Shown piece after piece: positions 8,767-16,714 of a stretch of DNA of 24,000 bases. The notes below the pieces were generated by a model. The model saw only the letters and a list, made by a program, of their open reading frames with translations. It was not told the DNA's origin and did not search any database. Origin of the DNA: Aliivibrio sp. 1S175 (GTDB lineage Bacteria > Pseudomonadota > Gammaproteobacteria > Enterobacterales > Vibrionaceae); NCBI RefSeq assembly GCF_001690985.1, contig NZ_MAJS01000013.1, positions 43,260-67,259 of the forward strand, in the 5' to 3' direction. A program made the translations under genes and the position numbers. Within the stretch, counting starts at the first letter, position 1, and the number at the start of each line of letters is the position of its first letter.

Positions 8767-9801
8767 ATGAAAAAATACCTAATCACTCTGGCAGCTGCAA
8801 CGTTATTATCAAATAACGTTTTAGCAAATACCGATTTACCAGACAAACAAGCTGAATTACCGGCCCATCCAAAAACAGAAAAGTCTGATCACTTAGTCCC
8901 ACGTGATTTCAGTACAATTCCGAACACCCCTTTTGGTGACAAAGTTAAACAAGGTTATTCTCTATTTGTAAACACGCAAACCTTGCAAGGCAAATACGTT
9001 AATAACCAACAGAATTGCGTAAACTGCCATATGCAAGCCGGGATGAAAGCCGATTCGGCCCCTCTTTGGGGAGCATTCATGGCCTACCCTGCTTACCGCT
9101 CGAAAAATGACAAAGTAAACACCTACGCTGAACGTATTCAAGGCTGTTTCACTTATTCCATGAACGGGACCGCTCCGCCAACAGACTCACCTGAATTAGT
9201 CGCATTAAGTGCGTATTCCTACTGGTTAGCCATGGGGGGGTTATTAGACAAATATGGAATGCAAGATACCCCTATCCCTGAATTATCCGATACCGCAGTT
9301 CAGCTTGGTGGTAATGATGAAACATTCATCTTACCTGCTGAAATGATGAAAGATTTACCCGCAGGAAAACGAGGTAAATTAGCTGGTCGTAGTTTCCCAA
9401 AACTAGACAAACCAGAGCAAGCGCCTTCTATTGAGCGTGGCGAGATTGTTTACAACACTACGTGTGCAAGCTGTCATGGTGCTAATGGCGAAGGCATTAG
9501 AGATCACGGCGTGCAATCTTTCCCACCACTATGGGGTAAAGACTCATTTAACTGGGGCGCAGGCATGCACCGTGTAAATACTGCCGCCTTCTTTATCTAT
9601 GAAAACATGCCACTTGGAAAAAGTATTCAGATCACCAAACAAGAAGCATGGGATGTTGCAGCCTTCATGAACAGCCATGAGCGCCCTCAAGATCCCCGCT
9701 TTAAAGGTGATTTAAAAGCAAACCAAGAAAAATACCATAACCACCAAGGCTACTATGGTAAAACCGTAAACGGAAAAGTATTAGGTGAACATTCATATTA
9801 A
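8767..9801 (+). CDS. tsdA: Diheme c-type cytochrome thiosulfate dehydrogenase / tetrathionate reductase (TsdA family)
   Basis: It has a signal peptide (MKKYLITLAAATLLSNNVLA). The heme motifs are CVNCH (9016-9030) and CASCH (9463-9477). A conserved Cys sits in RIQGCFTYSMNG (codon 9145-9147), at the position of the heme-1 Cys ligand as I remember the Allochromatium vinosum TsdA sequence. The C-terminal block FPPLWGKDSFNWGAGMHRVNTAAFFIYENMPLG...EAWDVAAFMNSHERP closely resembles my recollection of A. vinosum TsdA. I prefer the ATG at 8767 (8 nt after the AAGGA SD) over the track's 8758. Confidence 0.8.
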   Translation: MKKYLITLAAATLLSNNVLANTDLPDKQAELPAHPKTEKSDHLVPRDFSTIPNTPFGDKVKQGYSLFVNTQTLQGKYVNNQQNCVNCHMQAGMKADSAPLWGAFMAYPAYRSKNDKVNTYAERIQGCFTYSMNGTAPPTDSPELVALSAYSYWLAMGGLLDKYGMQDTPIPELSDTAVQLGGNDETFILPAEMMKDLPAGKRGKLAGRSFPKLDKPEQAPSIERGEIVYNTTCASCHGANGEGIRDHGVQSFPPLWGKDSFNWGAGMHRVNTAAFFIYENMPLGKSIQITKQEAWDVAAFMNSHERPQDPRFKGDLKANQEKYHNHQGYYGKTVNGKVLGEHSY

Positions 9802-9852
9802 TAGCATTGCCTAATTAAAATAATAAAATAGCACCGTCTATTGGCTTAACAT

Positions 9853-9890
9853 AAAGTCCTTATTCACTTTTAGTAATAAGGACTTTTTAT
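9853..9890 (+). terminator. Rho-independent terminator after tsdA
   Basis: AAAGTCCTTATT (9853-9864) pairs perfectly with AATAAGGACTTT (9875-9886) around a 10-nt loop. The stem runs into a T-rich tract (TTTTTAT through 9890). Confidence 0.75.
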
Positions 9891-9978
9891 TGCGGCATTG
9901 TTAACACCGTCCCTGTTTATTACAACAAAATACGTTATATTCTCGCGAAATTAATCCTTATTGATAATTGAGTTCATA

Positions 9979-10554
9979 ATGAAATTTAGCGTTAACACAT
10001 TAGTTATTTCTACTCTATTTGCTTCTTTTTCGGCTTTTTCTGCCCCTGTTGAATTTCAGAAGATCCCAGAGATCATGACGAAATTTGAATCTGCTCAACT
10101 GTTTGTAAAAAGCTCACCAACGCTAGGTCGATTACCAAAAGAAGCCGAACTAGGAAAAGAGTTTCCAACGTACGTTTCTGATGGCAAAGGCGGTTACCAC
10201 CTAGAAACAAGCAATACGATGATCAAAGAGGTTGTTGTCGCTAGAATGCCAACCGCAGTTGTCGATGATGTCTATAATGAATGGTTAGTACCTCAAGATG
10301 TATGGAAAGGCACTTATGGTATTCTTCCGACCTCAACAGAGTTCGCGTCATTTAAGCGTATTAAAACCATCAAAGCCGTTAAGATTGATGATGAAATGCT
10401 AACACTGATGGGCAGTGAAGATGGTAAAACGGCGACCATTAAAGTGAGCTGGGACGATAAAGGAATGACCGTTTACAAAGACGGTTACCTTGCTGATTAT
10501 GAATACGGCATTGCACCAGAAGAAATGAAAGAAAACTACGAACTGGCAAAATAA
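9979..10554 (+). CDS. Secreted protein of unknown function
   Basis: The ATG at 9979 gives MKFSVNTLVISTLFASFSAFSA/PVEF, a classic Sec signal. The track's upstream start is a TTG at 9961. The mature part is about 170 aa, hydrophilic and Lys/Glu/Asp-rich. It has no Cys and no motif I recognise. Terminators flank it on both sides, so it is monocistronic. Confidence 0.65.
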   Translation: MKFSVNTLVISTLFASFSAFSAPVEFQKIPEIMTKFESAQLFVKSSPTLGRLPKEAELGKEFPTYVSDGKGGYHLETSNTMIKEVVVARMPTAVVDDVYNEWLVPQDVWKGTYGILPTSTEFASFKRIKTIKAVKIDDEMLTLMGSEDGKTATIKVSWDDKGMTVYKDGYLADYEYGIAPEEMKENYELAK

Positions 10555-10570
10555 CATAGCCAAATCAATA

Positions 10571-10601
10571 AAAAAGAGAGGCGATTAATACCTCTCTTTT
10601 T
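10571..10601. terminator. Bidirectional rho-independent terminator between convergent genes
   Basis: AAAAAGAGAGG (10571-10581) pairs perfectly with CCTCTCTTTTT (10591-10601) around a 9-nt loop. The A-run on one side and T-run on the other can serve both the + gene ending at 10554 and the - gene ending at 10615. Confidence 0.75.
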
Positions 10602-10614
10602 ATTCATAACCCCT

Positions 10615-11736
10615 TTATTCTCTAGATATCAAGATGGTTCCAGCCAATAAAGACATTGCTATTAGTACTAACCCTAAATCTCCAACGACACCTGCAAGGC
10701 CCAATCCACCGCCAATTAAGCAATAATACAACAGGCCTAATACTGCGCCTGCGGTTCCTACTTGGTGTTTATAATTAACGAGTGCCGTGCTAAATATATT
10801 AGGAATAGCCATACCAAACCCAGCGACCACACTTGCCATTCCGAGCAAAAACCAAAGGCTACCTTGATACAAATACACCTGAGCCGAACCAATCATGCTA
10901 AACACAACTGCCATCTGAATTAATCGTTGCGATCCCCACTCTTTTTCTAACAATCGTTTATTCAATGTGCTACCAAAAATAGAAGCCACAGCTAACACCA
11001 CACCACTGTAACCAAATTCCATTGAGCTTAATCCAAGCTGATTAAACTTAAATGGAGCTAAAGAGTAGTAGCTAAACATCATGACATTAAAGCAAGCAAC
11101 CAAAATCGCACTTTTCCAAATAGCACCATCTTTAAGCATTGCCTTAAAAATACTCATAAAACGAACTGTTTCAAGATGACTAGGCTTTGTTTCTGGCAAT
11201 GACACTGCAGACACAGCTAAGAGCATAATAGCCATAACAAATAACAAGCTAAATACAATCAAATGCCCGAAATACTCAGCAATAAATCCACCCAACATTA
11301 AACCCACAACAGGGCTAATAGATACAGCAACAACCGCTACTGAAAATACTCTTCCTAACTCCTTACCTTCATAACTATCACGCAATATTGTCTGGCCGAT
11401 AACAGACCCAACTGCCGCGCCAAAAGCCGAGACAATGCGTGCAATTAGCACAATATTAAAATCAACAGCAATAATGGCCAGCAGGCAACCAATAGCATAA
11501 ATCAGCAAACCACATAGCATCGCTTTGCGGCGTCCAATCACATCAGAGACTCGTCCCCAGAAAACCACACCCACAGCAAAAGCCATAAAATAAATAGACA
11601 AGGTTTGACTGGCGCTTGCCATTGATACGCCAAAATAATCGACGAGGTGAGGTAATACTGGGCTGTAAATAGTTTCAACAATTTGAGGGAACATCAATAG
11701 CATGATGAGTAATCCCATGTGAGGTTTTTTATTCAT
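10615..11736 (-). CDS. MFS transporter, Bcr/CflA-like drug-resistance subfamily
   Basis: 373 aa and polytopic. The N-terminal region LPHLVDYFGVSMASASQTLSIYFMAFAVGVVFWGRVSDVIGRRKAMLCG contains the MFS GRxSDxxGRR(K) loop motif typical of Bcr/CflA-type exporters. Confidence 0.8.
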   Translation of the reverse strand: MNKKPHMGLLIMLLMFPQIVETIYSPVLPHLVDYFGVSMASASQTLSIYFMAFAVGVVFWGRVSDVIGRRKAMLCGLLIYAIGCLLAIIAVDFNIVLIARIVSAFGAAVGSVIGQTILRDSYEGKELGRVFSVAVVAVSISPVVGLMLGGFIAEYFGHLIVFSLLFVMAIMLLAVSAVSLPETKPSHLETVRFMSIFKAMLKDGAIWKSAILVACFNVMMFSYYSLAPFKFNQLGLSSMEFGYSGVVLAVASIFGSTLNKRLLEKEWGSQRLIQMAVVFSMIGSAQVYLYQGSLWFLLGMASVVAGFGMAIPNIFSTALVNYKHQVGTAGAVLGLLYYCLIGGGLGLAGVVGDLGLVLIAMSLLAGTILISRE

Positions 11737-11834
11737 ACACTTCTCTTCTAAAATTGGAATAAGAGAAGTATATGGACTTCATTTGTGTTCAAATATCAAC
11801 AATAGAACAATAAACATCAAAATAAGGACAAACC

Positions 11835-12599
11835 ATGCTGATCGATGACAACACTCCTTTTTATGTTGATGATATGCCTTATCCCTTTGTTGGTATTGCC
11901 GCCCAAGTCGGCAGACATGATTCAGGCATGCATATCCACAACCGTGCACAATTGTTGTTTGCCCCGCATGGTTGCATGAGTATTACGCTCGACGGGCTGC
12001 ATTGTGTATTACCGCCAACCAAAGTCGCTTGGATTCCTGCGGGGATTGAACATTGCGCTACCATGACCAATGTCGTTGCCTATCGTTCTCTTTATTTTGA
12101 TCCTCGCGCTATCGATAATTTACCAACAGAACTGAGTATTTTTAGTGTCACACCATTATTAAAGGAATTGATTGAACGAATGGCCTTTTGGGATTGGGAT
12201 AAACCCAGCGAAGAGCAAAAAAACACATTGGCATTATGTTGCGAAGAACTTTTTCACGCAGAAAAGAATGAACTCACTCTGCCTTTACCCAAAGATAAAC
12301 GATTAGCATTGTGGTTAGAAAAAGTAAAACAAGGAACACTGTTACCTCAACCATTGAATGAAATGGCAAAGCATATTGGGGCAAGCAGCAAAACCATTAC
12401 TAGATTATTCATTAAAGAAACAGGGATGCCTTACCAAGCGTGGCGTCAGCAATGGCGACTGCTCACTGCGATTGAACAATTGTCAGAAAAAAAGAGTGTT
12501 TCATCCGTCGCCCACGCATTAGAGTTTTCTAGTGACAGTGCGTTTATTCATTTCTTTAAACAACACACAGGAGAAACTCCAGCTCATTACATGAAATAA
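11835..12599 (+). CDS. AraC-family transcriptional regulator (N-terminal cupin-like domain plus C-terminal double HTH)
   Basis: 254 aa. The N-terminus has cupin-like His residues (HIHNRAQLLFAPHG...IPAGIEH). The C-terminus reads ...MAKHIGASSKTITRLFIKETGMPYQAWRQQWRLLTAIEQL...VAHALEFSSDSAFIHFFKQHTGETPAHY, the canonical AraC/XylS signature. It is divergent from the MFS gene and lies 98 nt upstream of yjjI on the same strand. Confidence 0.85.
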   Translation: MLIDDNTPFYVDDMPYPFVGIAAQVGRHDSGMHIHNRAQLLFAPHGCMSITLDGLHCVLPPTKVAWIPAGIEHCATMTNVVAYRSLYFDPRAIDNLPTELSIFSVTPLLKELIERMAFWDWDKPSEEQKNTLALCCEELFHAEKNELTLPLPKDKRLALWLEKVKQGTLLPQPLNEMAKHIGASSKTITRLFIKETGMPYQAWRQQWRLLTAIEQLSEKKSVSSVAHALEFSSDSAFIHFFKQHTGETPAHYMK

Positions 12600-12697
12600 G
12601 CATTTCCAAAAAAGAAAAGTATCATTGAATTAATTTCACTAACTGAAATTATATTCTTAACTCATAATAAACCCATACTAATTAAAAGGGTTTTATC

Positions 12698-14224
12698 ATG
12701 AGTCAAGAACGCTTCTATAGCATCATTACCGATGCTAACCTTTCTCCAAAACAAAAATCTCAATATTTAGCATTAGAGGCAGAAGCAAGCCTGCCTTATA
12801 TGGAGATTGACTCAAAAACTCAACAAGCTTTAAAAGATGGCGTGTTATGTGACATGTTTGAAGGCCACGCTCCATTTAAACCACGCTATGTATTACCAGA
12901 TTACGCAAAGTTTTTAGCTCAAGGTTCTGAATTCCTAGAGTTGAGCCCAGCGGAAGACTTTGATGATGCATTAAATTTACTGACTATTATTTATCATCAC
13001 GTTCCTTCGGTTACTTCTATCCCTGTTTACCTTGGCCAACTTGATACAGTGCTTATGCCTTTTGTTGGATCTCTTAGTGATGAAGATATTTACCAAAAAC
13101 TAAAACGTTTCTGGATCATGCTTGATCGCACCCTTCCTGATGCATTTATGCATGTAAATATTGGTCCAACAGATAACATCATTTGCCGTACTATCTTGCG
13201 TGTTGATGCTGAATTAAAACAAATCGCACCTAATCTAACCTTTATGTATGATGCTGACGTTACACCAGACGATTTACTTCGCCAAGCGGCATCAAACATT
13301 TGTGAATGCAGCAAACCGCACATTGCTAACTACCCTGTTCACGCAAAAGCGTATAACAATACAGGCTTTGGTATTGTTAGTTGCTACAACTCTCTGCCGC
13401 TTGCTGGTGGGTCAAACACATTAGTTCGTATGAACTTAAAAGAAGCGGCTAAAAAAGCACAAAATAAAGCCGATTTTATTGAGAACGTTCTACCATATTA
13501 CTGCAAAGTAATGTTTGGTTTAATGGACACTCGCAGCGAGTTCTTACATGAAAAATCTAACTTCTTTGAAGGCTTCCTAACAAAAGAAGGTCTAATTAAT
13601 GAAGACCGATTTGCACCAATGTTCGGTATTTACGGCATGGCTGAAGCGGTTAATATTTTGCTGGAAAGAGACGGTATTAATGCAAAATACGGTCATGATG
13701 ACGTTGCAAATCTGTTAGGTCATGCCATTTCAAAACAGCTTTCTGAAATTGTGGCAGCAACTGATGTTAAATACGGCTATCACAAAAAAGCATTGCTTCA
13801 TGCTCAAGGTGGGATCAGTTTAGATCTTGATGTAACTCCTGGTGTTCGTATTCCTTACGGCACAGAACCTGATCCAGTCTCTTATGTGCAAGCAACTGCT
13901 GGGCATCATCAATACTATACGTCAGGTATCAGTGATATTTTAACGATTGATGAAACCGTTAAATCAAACCCAGAAGCGATGTTTAATTTAGCAAAAGGGG
14001 CGCTTCAATCTGGCTACCGTGAATTTACAGCAAACGTTGCGTCAAACGATTTGGTACGAGTTACAGGTTACATGATCAAACTGTCTGACATTGCAAAATT
14101 TGACGATGAAGGTTCTCGTACAAATACGACATTCTTAGGAGCTGAAGCGGCTAAAAATACGGGTATTTTAGAACGTAAACCTCGTGTTGCCGCGCTAGAA
14201 ATTACCCCAACGTACGCAGAATAG
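12698..14224 (+). CDS. yjjI: YjjI-family (DUF3029) putative glycyl-radical enzyme, substrate unknown
   Basis: 508 aa, similar in length and N-terminal sequence to E. coli YjjI as I remember it. The C-terminal glycyl-radical fingerprint is LVRVTGYMIK (Gly codon 14066-14068). It is followed 8 nt later by a YjjW-type activase gene. Confidence 0.8.
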   Translation: MSQERFYSIITDANLSPKQKSQYLALEAEASLPYMEIDSKTQQALKDGVLCDMFEGHAPFKPRYVLPDYAKFLAQGSEFLELSPAEDFDDALNLLTIIYHHVPSVTSIPVYLGQLDTVLMPFVGSLSDEDIYQKLKRFWIMLDRTLPDAFMHVNIGPTDNIICRTILRVDAELKQIAPNLTFMYDADVTPDDLLRQAASNICECSKPHIANYPVHAKAYNNTGFGIVSCYNSLPLAGGSNTLVRMNLKEAAKKAQNKADFIENVLPYYCKVMFGLMDTRSEFLHEKSNFFEGFLTKEGLINEDRFAPMFGIYGMAEAVNILLERDGINAKYGHDDVANLLGHAISKQLSEIVAATDVKYGYHKKALLHAQGGISLDLDVTPGVRIPYGTEPDPVSYVQATAGHHQYYTSGISDILTIDETVKSNPEAMFNLAKGALQSGYREFTANVASNDLVRVTGYMIKLSDIAKFDDEGSRTNTTFLGAEAAKNTGILERKPRVAALEITPTYAE

Positions 14225-14232
14225 TTCATATT

Positions 14233-15144
14233 ATGGTAAACGCTTCCCCATTAAGCAGCGATACCATCAACTATGATAAAACAGGAATGGTCAGCAAAGT
14301 GCTGACCTTTTCTTGTGTTGATGGCCCTGGCAACCGCCTTGTGATCTTTCTACAAGGTTGTAATTACGATTGTATAACTTGTCATAACCCCCACACCATT
14401 AACCACTGCGATCATTGTGGTGATTGCGTCGAACCTTGTCCAACAGGAGCATTAACCTTTAATGATTCTCCAAACAGAAAAGTCATTTGGAATGAAGCCT
14501 TATGTACTCAATGTGATAAATGTATTGATGTCTGTCCAAGTAAATCTAATCCTAAAATAACGACTTACTCAGTAGAAAAGCTGCTTGAATTTACTAAAAA
14601 ACATGCTCCATTTTTAAGTGGCGTTACTATTTCTGGTGGTGAAGCAACCCTACAATTGCCGTTTATTATTGAATACTTTAAAGCCATCAAATCAGAAAAA
14701 TCACTCGGCCACCTTACGTGTTTTATTGACAGTAATGGCAGCTTATCTGAGCAAGGTTGGAATAGAGTTCTACCCTATTTAGACGGGACGATGATTGACT
14801 TAAAAGCATGGCAAAATGACACGCACTTATGGTTGGTCGGCAGAGAAAACCATCGCGTATTACACTCTATCAATCTATTAGCTAAGCATGATAAATTGCA
14901 CGAAGTTCGTTTATTGTATATTCCAAATAAAACGGATTTACTGTGTGAGATAGATGCCATTAGTGAGTATTTAAAAACACTACCAGAGCACATAGCTATC
15001 CGCTTAAATGCCTTCCAACATCACGGGGTTATTGGTGAAGCCTTGACATGGGATAAGTGCAACAAAGTACAAATGGAAGAATTTGAGGCCAAGTTAATTA
15101 CTAAATTGGGGCGACCAGTTATCACCCCATCGGTTTATACTTAA
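14233..15144 (+). CDS. yjjW: YjjW-family glycyl-radical enzyme activating protein (radical SAM)
   Basis: 303 aa. GPGNRLVIFLQGCNYDCITCHNP contains the radical-SAM motif CX3CX2C (nt 14359-14382). This is followed by a ferredoxin-like insert with two Cys clusters (CDHCGDCVEPCP, CTQCDKCIDVCP) and the GGE SAM-binding motif (ISGGEATL). Confidence 0.85.
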   Translation: MVNASPLSSDTINYDKTGMVSKVLTFSCVDGPGNRLVIFLQGCNYDCITCHNPHTINHCDHCGDCVEPCPTGALTFNDSPNRKVIWNEALCTQCDKCIDVCPSKSNPKITTYSVEKLLEFTKKHAPFLSGVTISGGEATLQLPFIIEYFKAIKSEKSLGHLTCFIDSNGSLSEQGWNRVLPYLDGTMIDLKAWQNDTHLWLVGRENHRVLHSINLLAKHDKLHEVRLLYIPNKTDLLCEIDAISEYLKTLPEHIAIRLNAFQHHGVIGEALTWDKCNKVQMEEFEAKLITKLGRPVITPSVYT

Positions 15145-15175
15145 ACAAAGCATTGATTCATAAAGAAAGCCTCAG
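15143..15175. repeat. Left copy of a perfect 33-bp direct repeat (AAACAAAGCATTGATTCATAAAGAAAGCCTCAG)
   Basis: It is identical to 16715-16747 and overlaps the last 2 nt of the yjjW stop codon (TAA 15142-15144). The two copies bracket the alginate-lyase gene. Confidence 0.9.
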
Positions 15176-15369
15176 TGGTGGTGATAACATTAAAGCTGTT
15201 CTTTTATAATATAGTTCGCATAAATTAGATCTCGATTCCAACTTCTACCATAGCTAAGAAAACTACCCTGCTATTGAGCAACATTTAATCTCTAATTAGA
15301 AGCTAATCACATTAAATAATACAATATTAAAATAATATTATTTTGAAGAATTTAACTTAAGGATATTAA

Positions 15370-16620
15370 ATGAAACTCCAAACAAAACTCTTAGTAACCC
15401 TGTGTCCAGTTTTATTTTCAGCAAACCTTCTTGCCCAATCATTTGTTAACTTTGACGAAGAATCATTAAGCAACGCAAAAGAGGCACTTAACAATAAAAC
15501 GGCTCATGCAGAAAGTACACTTGCTTACAATCAATTACTCACACTTGCAGATTCATTATTAACACTTCAAAATCCAACTGTCATGGACAAAAAAATATCC
15601 CCTCCAACAGGTGATAAGCATGACTATTTAAGTATCAGTCGCTATTGGTGGCCCGATGAATCAAAATCAGACGAACTGCCATGGATTAGAAAAGATGGAC
15701 AAACAAATCCAAGCACTCAAAATAACGATGTCGATAAACAAAGAATCGAATTAACAACTAAAAGTATACAAGCACTAGCTCTCGCTTATTATTTTTCAGG
15801 TGAGGATCAATATGCAAAGAAAGGCGTCAGTCTAATTCGTACTTGGTTTTTAGATGAAAACACATTAATGAATCCTAATTTAGAGTTCGCTCAAAGCGTT
15901 CCCGGAATCAATAAAGGTCGTCGCTCAGGTATTTTAGATGGTCGTATCATCCCCCAACGAGTCTTAGATGCCATCACAATGTTCTCTGATTCTAAATATT
16001 GGTCTGAAGAAGACGATACAAAAATGAATGTTTGGTTAACACAATATTTAGCTTGGTTAACCACGAGTGATCTTGGAAAAGAAGGCGCAAAGCAAACCAA
16101 CAATCATGGCTCATGGTATGAATATCAAGTTGCTGCCGTTTCTTATTACTTAGGCGATACAAAGCAAACTAAGCAAGCCGTTAAAAACGCTGAGATTATA
16201 TTCTCACAGCAATTTGATTCAATGGGCGCTCAACCTCATGAACTTGAACGTACACGTTCTTATTTTTATAGTACATTTAACTTAGAAGCGATTACTAGCA
16301 CTGCAATTATTGCAGAAAAAGTAGGCCTTTCTATGTGGGAGTATGAGAGTAAAAACAACGCCACATTAATAAAAGGAATTGATTTCTTAATCCCTGCGGC
16401 GAATGGAAACGAGTGGATATATAACTCTTCTGTTGAAGGGGTAACGCCAGATAATCTTGCGCCACTATTGGCTGCTATTCCAGAGAAAATCAGGTCAAAA
16501 GAACAATCAGAGCTACTCACTAAACTATTACAAGGTTTAGAAACAAATGACAATAAAAAAGCTTATCAAGATGAAATATATAAGAAGTTCTTACTTTATA
16601 TGCCTCAATATATTAAATAA
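15370..16620 (+). CDS. Secreted alginate-lyase-family polysaccharide lyase (PF05426/PL5-like)
   Basis: 416 aa with signal peptide MKLQTKLLVTLCPVLFSANLLA/QS. The motifs DYLSISRYWWPDE...LPWIRKDGQTNP and QTNNHGSWYEYQ resemble the YWWP and NNHSYW signatures I remember from AlgL-type alginate lyases. The SD AAGGA lies 6 nt before the ATG. Confidence 0.7.
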   Translation: MKLQTKLLVTLCPVLFSANLLAQSFVNFDEESLSNAKEALNNKTAHAESTLAYNQLLTLADSLLTLQNPTVMDKKISPPTGDKHDYLSISRYWWPDESKSDELPWIRKDGQTNPSTQNNDVDKQRIELTTKSIQALALAYYFSGEDQYAKKGVSLIRTWFLDENTLMNPNLEFAQSVPGINKGRRSGILDGRIIPQRVLDAITMFSDSKYWSEEDDTKMNVWLTQYLAWLTTSDLGKEGAKQTNNHGSWYEYQVAAVSYYLGDTKQTKQAVKNAEIIFSQQFDSMGAQPHELERTRSYFYSTFNLEAITSTAIIAEKVGLSMWEYESKNNATLIKGIDFLIPAANGNEWIYNSSVEGVTPDNLAPLLAAIPEKIRSKEQSELLTKLLQGLETNDNKKAYQDEIYKKFLLYMPQYIK

Positions 16621-16639
16621 GCGTTAATCGATTCAAAAT

Positions 16640-16672
16640 AGGTTCTGTCACTAATTATGCAGAACCTTTTTT
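16640..16672 (+). terminator. Rho-independent terminator after the alginate-lyase gene
   Basis: AGGTTCTG (16640-16647) pairs with CAGAACCT (16660-16667). The stem runs into TTTTTT (16667-16672). Confidence 0.8.
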
Positions 16673-16714
16673 GTTTAAAAAACAATTCATCATCACGCCA
16701 ATAATCTATTACCC

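Noticed and set aside
12625-12639. A possible FNR or CRP site (TTGAATTAATTTCAC) upstream of yjjI
   Set aside because: The half-sites and spacing fit neither TTGAT-N4-ATCAA nor TGTGA-N6-TCACA. The better-supported structure here is the 7-5-7 inverted repeat reported in the findings.
15329-15344. A perfect 16-bp palindrome, AAAATAATATTATTTT, upstream of the alginate-lyase gene
   Set aside because: It is composed only of A and T within a very AT-rich leader. Such palindromes arise easily by chance, and no second copy or matching regulator is evident.
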